Counted from the first letter of the stretch, positions 13,301 through 24,950 are shown. The stretch: 64,000 nucleotides of DNA from Octopus vulgaris (GCA_951406725.2 OX597836.1:20088001-20152000); one strand, 5' to 3'. Program-made: numbers and translations. Notes: generated from the sequence alone by a model not told the origin.

Positions 13301-16248
13301 TCTCTCTCCCTTTCTCACGTTGTCTGCCATTCCCCCCTTCCATTGCTAAGAGCATTTCTAAGCCAGCCCGTCAGTTCAACCTTTGTATATTCCCGTGTCA
13401 GGCCGAAGAACGAAATGTTTCCAAGATAAGAGTCTTTCTAATCTAATGTTGTGGTTGAGCTGTTTTGTTTTGTTTGTTTATTAGTTATTATTATTATTAT
13501 TACTATTATTAGTACTAGTATTGTCCCTTTGATCCCCTGGTCGACAGTTTGCTTATTATTATTATAATTATTATTATTACTATTTTCAGCTTCGCCTCGT
13601 ATTGCATATTATTTCTCCATACAGGGGTTTTTTTCAATGGCGGCCCATTTTCGCGGGGTTCTACTGTTCTTCTCTATCTATCTCTCTCTCTCCCTTTCTC
13701 ACGTTGTCTGCCATTCCCCCCTTCCATTGCTAAGAGCATTTCTAAGCCAGCCCGTCAGTCCGTCAGTTCAACCTTTGTATATTCCCGTGTCAGGCCGAAG
13801 AACGAAATGTTTCCAAGATAAGAGTCTTTCTAATCTAATGTTGTGGTTGAGCTGTTTTGTTTTGTTTGTTTATTAGTTATTATTATTATTACTATTATTA
13901 GTACTAGTATTGTCCCTTTGATCCCCTGGTCGACAGTTTGCTTATTATTATTATAATTATTATTATTACTATTTTCAGCTTCGCCTCGTATTGCATATTA
14001 TTTCTCCATACAGGGGTTTTTTTCAATGGCGGCCCATTTTCGCGGGGTTCTACTGTTCTTCTCTATCTATCTCTCTCTCTCCCTTTCTCACGTTGTCTGC
14101 CATTCCCCCTTCCATTGCTAAGAGCATTTCTAAGCCAGCCCGTCAGTTCAACCTTCGTCCCCCTTCCATTGCTAAGAGCATTTCTAAGCCAGCCCGTCAG
14201 TTCAACCTTTGTATATTCCCGTGTCAGGCCGAAGAACGAAATGTTTCCAAGATAAGAGTCTTTCTAATCTAATGTTGTGGTTGAGCTGTTTTGTTTTGTT
14301 TTGTTTGTTTATTAGTTATTATTATTATTATTACTATTATTAGTACTAGTATTGTCCCTTTGATCCCCTGGTACAGTTTGCTTATTATTATTATAATTAT
14401 TATTATTACTATTTTCAGCTTCGCCTCGTATTGCATATTATTTCTCCATACAGGGGTTTTTTTCAATGGCGGCCCATTTTCGCGGGGTTCTACTGTTCTT
14501 CTCTATCTATCTCTCTCTCTCTCACGTTGTCTGCACGTTGTCTGCCATTCACCTCCCCTTCCATTGCTAAGAGCATTTCTAAGCCAGCCCGTCAGTTCAA
14601 CCTTTGTATATTCCCGTGTCAGGCCGAAGAACGAAATGTTTCCAAGATAAGAGTCTTTCTAATCTAATGTTGTGGTTGAGCTGTTTTGTTTTGTTTGTTT
14701 ATTAGTTATTATTATTATTACTATTATTAGTACTAGTATTGTCCCTTTGATCCCCTGGTCGACAGTTTGCTTATTATTATTATAATTATTATTATTACTA
14801 TTTTCAGCTTCGCCTCGTATTGCATATTATTTCTCCATACAGGGGTTTTTTTCAATGGCGGCCCATTTTCGCGGGGTTCTACTGTTCTTCTCTATCTATC
14901 TCTCTCTCTCCCTTTCTCACGTTGTCTGCCATTCCCCCCCTTCCATTGCTAAGAGCATTTCTAAGCCAGCCCGTCAGTTCAACCTTTGTATATTCCCGTG
15001 TCAGGCCGAAGAACGAAATGTTTCCAAGATAAGAGTCTTTCTAATCTAATGTTGTGGTTGAGCTGTTTTGTTTTGTTTGTTTATTAGTTATTATTATTAT
15101 TATTACTATTATTAGTACTAGTATTGTCCCTTTGATCCCCTGGTCGACAGTTTGCTTATTATTATTATAATTATTATTATTACTATTTTCAGCTTCGCCT
15201 CGTATTGCATATTATTTCTCCATACAGGGGTTTTTTTCAATGGCGGCCCATTTTCGCGGGGTTCTACTGTTCTTCTCTATCTATCTCTCTCTCTCCCTTT
15301 CTCACGTTGTCTGCCATTCCCCCCTTCCATTGCTAAGAGCATTTCTAAGCCAGCCCGTCAGTTCACCTTCGTCCCCTTCCATTGCTAAGAGCATTTCTAA
15401 GCCAGCCCGTCAGTTCAACCTTTGTATATTCCCGTGTCAGGCCGAAGAACGAAATGTTTCCAAGATAAGAGTCTTTCTAATCTAATGTTGTGGTTGAGCT
15501 GTTTTGTTTTGTTTGTTTATTAGTTATTATTATTATTACTATTATTAGTACTAGTATTGTCCCTTTGATCCCCTGGTCGACAGTTTGCTTATTATTATTA
15601 TAATTATTATTATTACTATTTTCAGCTTCGCCTCGTATTGCATATTATTTCTCCATACAGGGGTTTTTTTCAATGGCGGCCCATTTTCGCGGGGTTCTAC
15701 TGTTCTTCTCTATCTATCTCTCTCTCTCCCTTTCTCACGTTGTCTGCCATTCCCCCCCTTCCATTGCTAAGAGCATTTCTAAGCCAGCCCGTCAGTTCAA
15801 CCTTCGTCCCCCTTCCATTGCTAAGAGCATTTCTAAGCCAGCCCGTCAGTTCAACCTTTGTATATTCCCGTGTCAGGCCGAAGAACGAAATGTTTCCAAG
15901 ATAAGAGTCTTTCTAATCTAATGTTGTGGTTGAGCTGTTTTGTTTTGTTTGTTTATTAGTTATTATTATTATTACTATTATTAGTACTAGTATTGTCCCT
16001 TTGATCCCCTGGTCGACAGTTTGCTTATTATTATTATAATTATTATTATTACTATTTTCAGCTTCGCCTCGTATTGCATATTATTTCTCCATACAGGGGT
16101 TTTTTTCAATGGCGGCCCATTTTCGCGGGGTTCTACTGTTCTTCTCTATCTATCTCTCTCTCTCCCTTTCTCACGTTGTCTGCCATTCCCCCCTTCCATT
16201 GCTAAGAGCATTTCTAAGCCAGCCCGTCAGTTCAACCTTCGTATATTC
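7302..16248. repeat. Homogeneous head-to-tail tandem array, ~22 units plus a partial unit, monomers ~384 bp and ~435 bp
   Basis: Unit landmarks at 7493, 7881, 8316, 8742, 9123, 9507, 9941, 10329, 10707, 11087, 11527, 11962, 12346, 12730, 13165, 13549, 13938, ~14378, 14767, 15152, 15585, 16021. Long units carry an internal 54-bp duplication (CCTTCCATTGCTAAGAGCATTTCTAAGCCAGCCCGTCAGTTCAACCTTCGTCCC). Confidence 0.98.
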
Positions 16249-16504
16249 CTGGTGCACCCGCCCTTGCCCACCCCCACCACCAATACCGGATATCTTTATA
16301 TTTTTGCTCCATCTATACCGGATGTCGCTTCTCCCACCACCATTATAGGTGTCTACTCTTCGAACCCCCCTCTTCAATGCGCTATTTCACCATGCATTAC
16401 CCCTCTCTTGATATCCTACGTTCTACTTGCCTAGAACCTGTCATCATTTCTCTGAACCACCCCTCCCCACTGGTGCTCCCCTATATATTTCTGCCCCCCC
16501 CCCA

Positions 16505-16750
16505 TAAAAGCACCATCCGAACGTGGCCGATGCCAGACCCCTCTGGCACCTGTGCAGGTGGCACGTAAAAAACACCCACTACACTCGCGGAGTGGTTGGC
16601 GTTAGGAAGGGCATCCAGCTGTAGAAACACTGCCAGACTAGACTGGAGCCTGGGGCAGTCCCGAGCTCCCCAGACCCCGGTCGAAACCGTCCAACCCGTG
16701 CTAGCGCGGAAAACGGACGTTAAACGATGATGATGATGATGATGATGATG
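16505..16750 (+). mobile_element. SINE-like family C copy
   Basis: GAGTGGTTGGCGTTAGGAAGGGCATCCAGCTGTAGAAAC...GGACGTTAAACGATGATGAT. Confidence 0.85.
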
Positions 16751-16771
16751 ATATATATATATATATATATA

Positions 16772-17087
16772 TGATTTCGAAACGTACGTCCGTAGGTAAC
16801 TTAAAATTGTATGATAGATTGCCGTCATTTCATTCTTTCTTTCTTACCTGTCTGTGTTTGCCTTTCAAGTGCTGTGTTTTTACTGAGATCCCCTTTTAGT
16901 AGAAGGAATAGCTATATCTCTTTGACTGCTATTTCTAAATTCGGTGTGTTGGTGAGGCAATTCGTTGCTAAACCCTTAATTACTTAGTATTACTTAAATT
17001 TTCCTCGAATGGGGCTTTTACATGCCGAAATCTACTTGGTGTAATTGATAATTATTCCAAATTAATTAATTTCACCCTTTATTATTA

Positions 17088-17090
<3 letters not shown>
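16772..17090 (+). mobile_element. Probable 5'-truncated PLE terminal repeat retaining the 3' half of a hammerhead
   Basis: Flanked by (TA)n on both sides. Begins TTTC-GAAA-CGTACG-TC (palindromic stem III plus UC site); the CTGANGA half is absent. Confidence 0.45.
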
Positions 17091-17150
<60 letters not shown>

Positions 17151-17396
17151 TTATTTATATAGACATATAAATATGTATACTCTTTTACTTGTTTCAGTCA
17201 TTTGACTGTAGCCATGCTGGAGCACTGCCTTTGGTCGAGCAAATCGACCCCAGGACTTTATTCTTTGTAAGCCTAGTACTTATTCTATCGGTCTCTTTTG
17301 CCGAACCGCTAAGTTACGGGGGACGTAAATACACCAGCATCGGTTGTCAAGCGATGCTCGGGGGACAAACACAGACACACAAACATACACATGTAT

Positions 17397-17427
<31 letters not shown>

Positions 17428-17589
17428 CATATATACGACAGGCTTCTTTCAGTTTCTGTCTACCAAATATAAAAAGGACATATTTAAAGATGGCAAAGTT
17501 CTTAGAGTATTGGATAGAACATCTCAGAGTAATTCTGCAATCTGAGTTCAAATCCTGTTGAGGTCAACTTCATCCTTCATCTTTTAGTT

Positions 17590-17966
17590 CTCTTTACTCT
17601 TTTACTCTTTTACTTGTTTCAGTAATTTGACTGCGGCCATGCTGGAGCACCGCCTTTAATCGACCCTGGGACTTATTCTTTTTGTAAGCCCAGTACTTAT
17701 TCTATCGGTCTCTTCTGCCGAAACGCTAAGTAACGGAGACATAAACACACCAAACACAGACACACAAACACACACACGCATATATATATATATACATATA
17801 TACGACGGGCTTCTTTCAGTTTCCGTCTACCAAATCCACTCACAAGGCTTTGGTCAGCCCGAGGCTATAGTAGAAGACACTTGCCCAAGGTGCCACGCAG
17901 TGGGACTGAACCCGGAACCATGTGGTTGGTAAACAAGCTACTTACCACACAGTCACTCCTGCGCCT
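17590..17966 (-). mobile_element. tRNA-headed SINE family A (a truncated copy also at 17180-17470)
   Basis: On the minus strand: A-box-like AGTGACTGTGTGG, B-box-like GGTTCAGTCCC, CCTTGGGCAAGTGTCTT core and (GTAAAAGA)n tail. More than ten copies in the window. Confidence 0.9.
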
Positions 17967-20549
17967 AAAAAAAAAGATTACACCAGTAGAGTGGACTGAT
18001 AAAATTGTTAGAGCAGGATGCCTTGAAGTATTCCAAGTTCAATTCATGCCCTCAGCATCAAAATGTAGTGATACTTTTGTCAGGAGCAGTGACTGACAAA
18101 CAGTATCTACAATTTTATAGAAAACCAATGGAAATATAGTTTACTTAACTTGATTGGAAAATCAATAGCCATCACTACATTATTGATGAAACTATATGCA
18201 ACAGCATTTATTGGAAGAACTCTCTCAGGAAGGAACCTTCGAACCACTGTGGGAACTGACAAACAGTCATTTAAATTGCTAGAAACAACAGCCTTCTTGA
18301 AAAGGGTATTTTGGTAACTGACCTTGCTAAAAAGGGTTTATGGCTATCATCATCATCATCATCATCGTTTAACGTCCGCTTTCCATGCTAGCATGGGTTG
18401 GATGGTTCAACTGGGGTCTGGCAAGCCCGGAGGCTGCACCAGGCCAGTCAGGCTATCTTTCTTGAAAAAGGGTGTCAAAAACATTGCCCTATCTGAAAAG
18501 GTTTTTATGGACACTGATATTCCTTCTCTGATGAAGTTCTTAAAAATATCACATAACATAGCCTGAGATGATTGTTGTAGGAATATTGCTCTTCTAAAAT
18601 TCTGACCTCCAGTTCTGACCTTGAATTGGTTATCATGAGTGGTGAAGAACAGGATTTCGTGTGAGAGACAAAATCTCTTGCAGTATTTGGTTACACTATA
18701 TTTTGAGTTCAAATCTCACAAAAGTTAACTTTACTTGTCAGCCACCCACAGTCAATAAAATAAATGCTAGCTGTTTTGCTGCCTGGTCCAAAGCATTCCA
18801 TCCATAACTGTCCCATTTTTCCTTAGTGTTATCTAGAACCATATTATCTTACATGTATTTGTAGAAGACTAATAAGGATAGCTGAATTACGTCTTTTTGC
18901 TGGTACATCCTGCATTCCTGTATTCCTCGACCTGTATTTTAACATTCTGCGACTCAGAGACCACTCTATCTGATCAACATGTTGGGACAGATATTTTTCT
19001 TCCCAGTGATGACAGAAAGTAAATATTAACAGTTTTTTTTTTCCTTTCCTCCTCCCTTTGTGCCATTGCCTTACTCTGCTCTTCAGCAAATTCTGAAAGT
19101 TACCGCCGATTGTCTCGGAGAGGGATGATGTAGTAGACCACTGAGGATAGCTGAATTATTTCCCTTTGCTGGTAAACACCACCAGGTAGTGTCGCAGCTG
19201 ACACCTATATATTCCAGTGGTTGTGAGCCTTCTCTCTCCCTCTTGCTGCATGAACACCAAAATGCATGGTTCTCTCTTTCAGTTTGCCTACACCAGGACA
19301 GCATGCAAGAGCTTCACTGAAATGTTCTGTCTTCTGCTATTTTTCTCTGACCACACATGTTCAACAAAGTATACTCATTATTTACAAAATGTTTTGCTTA
19401 GGTTGTGTTAACTCCAGTAATCTCTATGGCCTCTCCATGTGAATACTGTATATATTTGACTGAGACAAGGCAGCTCATTGCTTTCACTCACAACAATAAA
19501 AATGTGTTAATGTTAAATGATGTCTCATTCCCTTATTGCATCCTTCACATAAAAATTAGTGGTAACATCTTATTTACACTCAACCACTAAATATCCTTTC
19601 CTGTTAATATTTTTTTAACCTAAGATGGATGAATGCGATTTAAAAAAGATTTAGCTGTTATTTCTAGTGGGTCAAAAACCACATAAAGAGAGAGAGAGAC
19701 CTCCCTCATTAGGTACAAGTTAAATGCTAGAGTCAATTCAATTGACTTCCTCCATCTCACCCCAATGTGCAGCCTTGTGCATATATTATATAAATCGTTA
19801 ATATGTTTACAGGATGTCATTTTGTTATTTTAACTCTGAAAAAAAAAAAAAAAAAAAGAAAAAGAAGAAACCTCATCCACCCAATTCCTTTTCATACAGT
19901 TCAAACTATGTGACTCCTCTGCTATGTCACAGAAAAAGTTTAGTTAACAGTGCTGCTCTGCATCTACAGCTGAATTAATGAGGTTTTATATATGAGGTTA
20001 ATGTATAAACTTTGTCAGACAGCTTCTACAGGAATGAAAAGGCCGTGACTTTTACCGAATGGATTATTAATATCTCTTTGATAACTTTGTTATCAAAGCG
20101 ATAACTGATCATTTCTATTTTGTTTTGTTTTGGTTTTTTTTTTTGCTTTTAATCATAAGGTCTGAGGGTGGGGATCCTCCAGTTTTTTTTTTTTTTGCAA
20201 CATTAATTAGGTAATGGATAAATCAATTCCTGAATAAACCATGGGTCAATTCAGCAGCATTATAAGGTCTAGGGCTGGATCTCATAGTACATAGTTATTT
20301 ATGGACAGCAAGCCACAATATACATAGATCAGAATTGGAGCCCCAGGCCTGTGAGGCCTCTGCTCAACTCCCCCAGTGTGTCCATGCTTTAAGACAATAC
20401 TGCATGTATCCACTGCAGGTTCTTTGTCCTGGGGAAAGTATTGAACTCAGAACTGTGAAACACTAGTTAATTTCACTGTACTGTTGCTTATTGCATCATT
20501 TACTTTTTTTAATAAGATCAGAGAAGAAAAACCAGTGTGATTAACAGTT

Positions 20550-20865
20550 ATTTCAAGAAGGGCAACCATAAGCCCCTTTCATAAAGATCAGTGCCCAAAA
20601 TACATTTTTCAGGAGGGGTAATGCTTATAGCACTCTTTTCAAGAAGGGTTGTCATAAATCCCTTTTCACAAAGGTCAGTGCCTATAACACTCTTTACAGA
20701 AAGGGCAACGGCTGTTCAAGAAGGGCAGTCATAAAATCCTTTTCTCGAAGGTCAGTGCCCCAAACACCTTTATCAAGAAGACTAGTGCCCACAAAATCCT
20801 TTCCAGAAGAGGTAGTGCCCATGAAACGTTTGTAGGAAGGACCATACTCATGAAACCCTCTTCAG
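20550..20865. repeat. Degenerate ~30-bp minisatellite (~10 copies)
   Basis: Recurring consensus approximately AGTGCCCATAAAATCCTTTTCAAGAAGGGC. Confidence 0.7.
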
Positions 20866-21202
20866 AGCTCCTGTGACTGAGATAGAAAGTCATCTTCATA
20901 TAGAAATTTGAGCCAAATGCTTATAACAGTATGGACTTCACTGGAAATACTCATGGACTATGTGGTAATGTTTTTAATCTGAGAAAAGGATTAAGTTGAC
21001 CATTCCAAATTTCCTCTGGTTGGAACGAGCCATTTTCTTTTGCCAGACATAGTGTATCTAGGACTATATTGCCATCTAAATTTCAGTTTCATATTTGTAT
21101 GTTTGGTGTTACCACATATCTCCCACTTTTAAGTGTCACAAGAGGCTTGCATGCATTATGTGTGTGTGTGTGCATGCTTGTGTGTGTGTGTGTGTGAACA
21201 TG

Positions 21203-21310
21203 CATCATCATCACTGTCATCACTACAACCACCATCTTCATCATCATTATCACTATCAACACCACCATTATCATCACTACCACCACCACCACCACTATCA
21301 TTATCATCAT
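21203..21310. repeat. (CAT/CAC)n trinucleotide tract
   Basis: Directly visible. Confidence 0.9.
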
Positions 21311-21730
21311 AGTTATGTTCACTTTTCTATGTTAGCATGAATTGAGCGTGTGTAGATATGTGTGTATGTAGGAGTACGTACATACATATGTTTGTGTGTG
21401 TGTATGTGCATGTATGTATACATGTTTGTGTGAGAGTGTATGTACGTAGACTTTGTGAACACAGGAGGTTTATATCTATGTACTGTGATAATATGGTTGC
21501 GTATATTTATCTTTTTTCTTTTTCTACCTGTTAGAGTAACTTCCCTGTTATTCAACGGTTTTTCATAGCGTCTATTGCCATTAATAGCCAATGAGAATGT
21601 ATCGCTGCTCTTCATTTCGCCATTCGAAACTCCGAGTACTATGACAACCTTTTACTGTTTGTTTTGAATTATAACATATATAAATAATCCTCTATTTATC
21701 TAATATCAAGGTCTTATTATTTTGTTGTTA

Positions 21731-21767
<37 letters not shown>

Positions 21768-22119
21768 GCTAGTGCTATTATATATGTATGTGTGTGTATA
21801 TATATATATATTGTCTTGACCTTCGAAACGCGGAGTAGATGAAACAAAGGCGACTGAAGAAGGTGAATTTTCCTTGTATTGTATGTCCTGTACTCTATTT
21901 TTTCGTTGTTTAAGAAAAATGTCCATTTCCTTGGTTTTGTGTTTATGTTTTTGCTTCTCATTGTGTTCGACGTTTTTTTGGTGTCCTGTACCCATATATG
22001 CATGTATATATACATGTAGAGGTAGGTACATACATATATGTATGTATATAAGCATATGTTTTATTTTATTTATTAATTTATATGACCGAAAGCACGCATC
22101 CGTTTCTAAGTAAGATTTT

Positions 22120-22156
<37 letters not shown>

Positions 22157-22188
22157 CATATACATATATATATATACTGTTATATATA

Positions 22189-22232
<44 letters not shown>

Positions 22233-22429
22233 CATACATGGCTAACTTCACATTAAGGACAAAAACAGGAAGCATATCTCTTTACACATGATCCAACATC
22301 TAGTGCTGAAATGCCCAACAAAACACTCTCAAGAGATCGAGTAAAAATGTCAAACACAAATTAAAATGATCCAGAACAGTTGGTAGTTAAAAGAAAGAAA
22401 GAAAAAAAGAAAAGAAAAATGGGACTTAT

Positions 22430-23270
22430 GAAACATATGCAATAGCTACCAGTATTTTTCAAAAATTCTTTGCTGCACTAGATAAATATTTCCCACCTTC
22501 AAGTAAATATGGGAAATTATTTAATTGTCATAATATAAAATTTTCATATTCAGCCACCAGAAGTTTGGCCGAGATTATAGCAGCACATAACAAACAGAGA
22601 ATTAGGGAATATCTCAAATCAAAATCTGTAAACAATTGTAGAATCGATAGGTGAGTTGTGAAATTAACTCTAATGATAATTTTCCTGGACTAGATTTTGA
22701 TTCCTTAAGTAAAAGTAATTCCGACTCTGGTAACACAGTTAACACTTGGTTTTAATATTAATTATAATATTTATAATAATCATGATTTAACACCTAATTC
22801 TGAGTGGATGACTAATAGGAATTCTTTCAACCAAGTGAATAAGTGCCAATGTAATTGTAAAAATAAAATTGTGTTCTTTGGAAAATCAGTGTTGAAGGAA
22901 AAATATAGTGTATCAATGTAAGGTAATAACAAGGGATTGTAAGTATTATTACATAGGTTCATCTGCTACAATTTGGAGATCTCGATTTCATAATCATTTT
23001 CATTCATTTAAGTATAGAGGAAAAGGTAATTCTACAAGTCTTAATAAATGCATTTGGGATTTAAAAGATAAGAACATTAACGATAGTTTAAAGTGGTCCA
23101 TCATTAGTTATGCACCATCATACAGTATAAGCAATTCTACATGTGATCTTTGCCTTGAAGAAATGTATTATATAATTACTTGTAAATTAATATTATTAAA
23201 TTATAAAGGTATTTTTACAATGAAATGTTGTCACAAATTTCAGAAGACATTTAAATATTTCAATTCTTAA
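22430..23270 (+). mobile_element. Decayed Penelope-like element: RT thumb/linker plus GIY-YIG endonuclease remnant
   Basis: LDKYFPPSSKYGKLFNCHNIKFSYS...LAEIIAAHNK, then CNCKNK, then VYQCKV...YYIGSS....RSRFHNHFHSF...STSLNKCIWDLKD...KWSII..A.SY....CDLCLEE...CCHK. This is a typical PLE GIY-YIG domain, with stops and frameshifts upstream. Confidence 0.85.
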
Positions 23271-23918
23271 TTATAATTGCTTTTCATATATTACATATAA
23301 TAAGCATAATTTTTCTAAAATTGTTTAGTCTATTTAATTGATAGATAACTAAATGCTGTGGTCTAAAATCTCTATATTTCTAATTGTCCTAACATAGAAT
23401 TCATATGTTTATCTTTTATATTTTCTTTATCCACTGATGTCACGAAGAATCGAATACAAAAATAGCTTTCCTTAGATTATATTGCATCCTAACATTCTTT
23501 TTGTATGCGGTCGTGTTCAGGAGATATTTTCTTAGTTCACTTTGAATTAAACTAATTTTAGCTCGCCTGGAAAACGTTGGTTTAACATGTATTTTCAGTC
23601 ATATTAATTTCAGTGACATTTTCTGTATCTAAATATGTGGATACTACAGAAACGATCATCAGGATTGTATGGTGAATTCAACAATTAAAGATGCGATTTT
23701 CTCCACCTGTATTTTTGTTTTATAAAACTCTGAATTTCTTGAAATTCATCTAAAGGATATTTTGATCTATTTGTTATTCACGAGGAATTACCTTGGAGGT
23801 GTATTCTACTTGCATTTATTGGTGTCTGTTTGACATAGTTAACCAAATTCGTTTAACGCTGAATGTTGATTTTTAATCTCTTCTTCTTCTTCTTCTTCTT
23901 CTTCTTCTTCTTTCTCTG

Positions 23919-23949
<31 letters not shown>

Positions 23950-23954
23950 GTATG

Positions 23955-23990
<36 letters not shown>

Positions 23991-24053
23991 TTGCCATGTT
24001 GATTCACTAGCTTCTGCACGCATTTTTTTCTCTCCGTGTTTCTTTTCTGTGTA

Positions 24054-24091
24054 TCTTTCTGTTGAAGAGCGTAGGCTTGAAACGTAAAAGA
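24054..24091 (+). ncRNA. Minimal type I hammerhead-like motif (core variant CTGTTGA) in a (TA)n-flanked ~200-bp PLE-type terminal fragment
   Basis: TCTTT-CTGTTGA-A-GAGC GTAG GCTT-GAAA-CG-TA-AAAGA. Stem I is TCTTT/AAAGA and stem III is the palindrome ACGT. Confidence 0.6.
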
Positions 24092-24391
24092 CTTGTTTTA
24101 TTTATATTCCTGAGCGCCATACTAATACAATTGTTTGTCTGTATTCCACCTGCCTTCATCTTTTGTTTATTTTCATAAAGCTTCCCGTTATATATATATA
24201 TATATAGTTTTGCAACAAAAGACGGGCACTCTTATATTACGTCATAGAGTTTCTATTCAGTTGACTAATGATTGCTAATGTATCTTTCTACACTTGAAGG
24301 TTCTGTAACATGAAACCGTTCGATAATGTGAATTGGCTGCTATGAGATTAAATTTACACTATATCGTGTGTGGTGTGTGTGTGTGTGTGTG

Positions 24392-24438
<47 letters not shown>

Positions 24439-24717
24439 ACGTGTGTGTACATACACACATATAAACAAACTTTAATGAAAGGATATGCGGATAAATTTAG
24501 GTAGAGTATCTATCACATGTATTTTATCTTTACAAGAAAAGGGTTGATAGTGACTTCGCAGTTTCAACCAGTTGCTTTCGTCAGACTAACGATGGCGCAT
24601 GGCCCGAGACTTGAACTCACTACCAACCTTTTCCTTTTGAAAAATTATATGTGTTCATGCATGGGTATGCGTAGGTGCACGTGCGTATGTGTACATGGGT
24701 ATATATTTTTTGCTGAA

Positions 24718-24950
24718 AGGCGGTGAGCTGGCAGACACATTAGCGCGCCGAGCGAAATGCTTCGCGGTATTTCGTCTGTCGTTACGTTCTGAGTTCAAAT
24801 TCCGCCGAGGTCGACTTTGCCTTTCATCCTTTCGGGGTCGATAAATAAAGTACTAGTTTCGCACTGGGGTCGATATAATCGATTTAATCCCTTTGTCTGT
24901 CCTTGTTTATCCCCTCTATGTTTAGCCCCTTGTGAGCAATAAAGAAATAT
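24718..24950 (+). mobile_element. tRNA-headed SINE family B (MetaSINE-like central domain)
   Basis: GGCGGTGAGCTGGCAGA..GTTCAAATTCC..GCCTTTCATCCTTTCGGGGTCGATAAAT..AGTAC. Further copies at 25103-25290, 29018-29200, 36560-36965(-), 43905-44132, 48512-48735, 49968-50186, 57645-57790. Confidence 0.88.

Noticed and set aside
7302-16248. Array as CRISPR, rDNA/5S, snRNA or tRNA cluster
   Set aside because: Eukaryotic context, no unique spacers, and no recognisable rRNA, snRNA or tRNA sequence on either strand.
7493-16434. Repeated 60-137 aa ORFs (MLIIIIIIII...) in every array unit
   Set aside because: They start at TTG, the poly-Ile comes from (TTA)n, and frames shift between units; no coding evidence.
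21095-21340. Poly-His protein
   Set aside because: A (CAT/CAC)n tract next to (TG)n, with no exon context.
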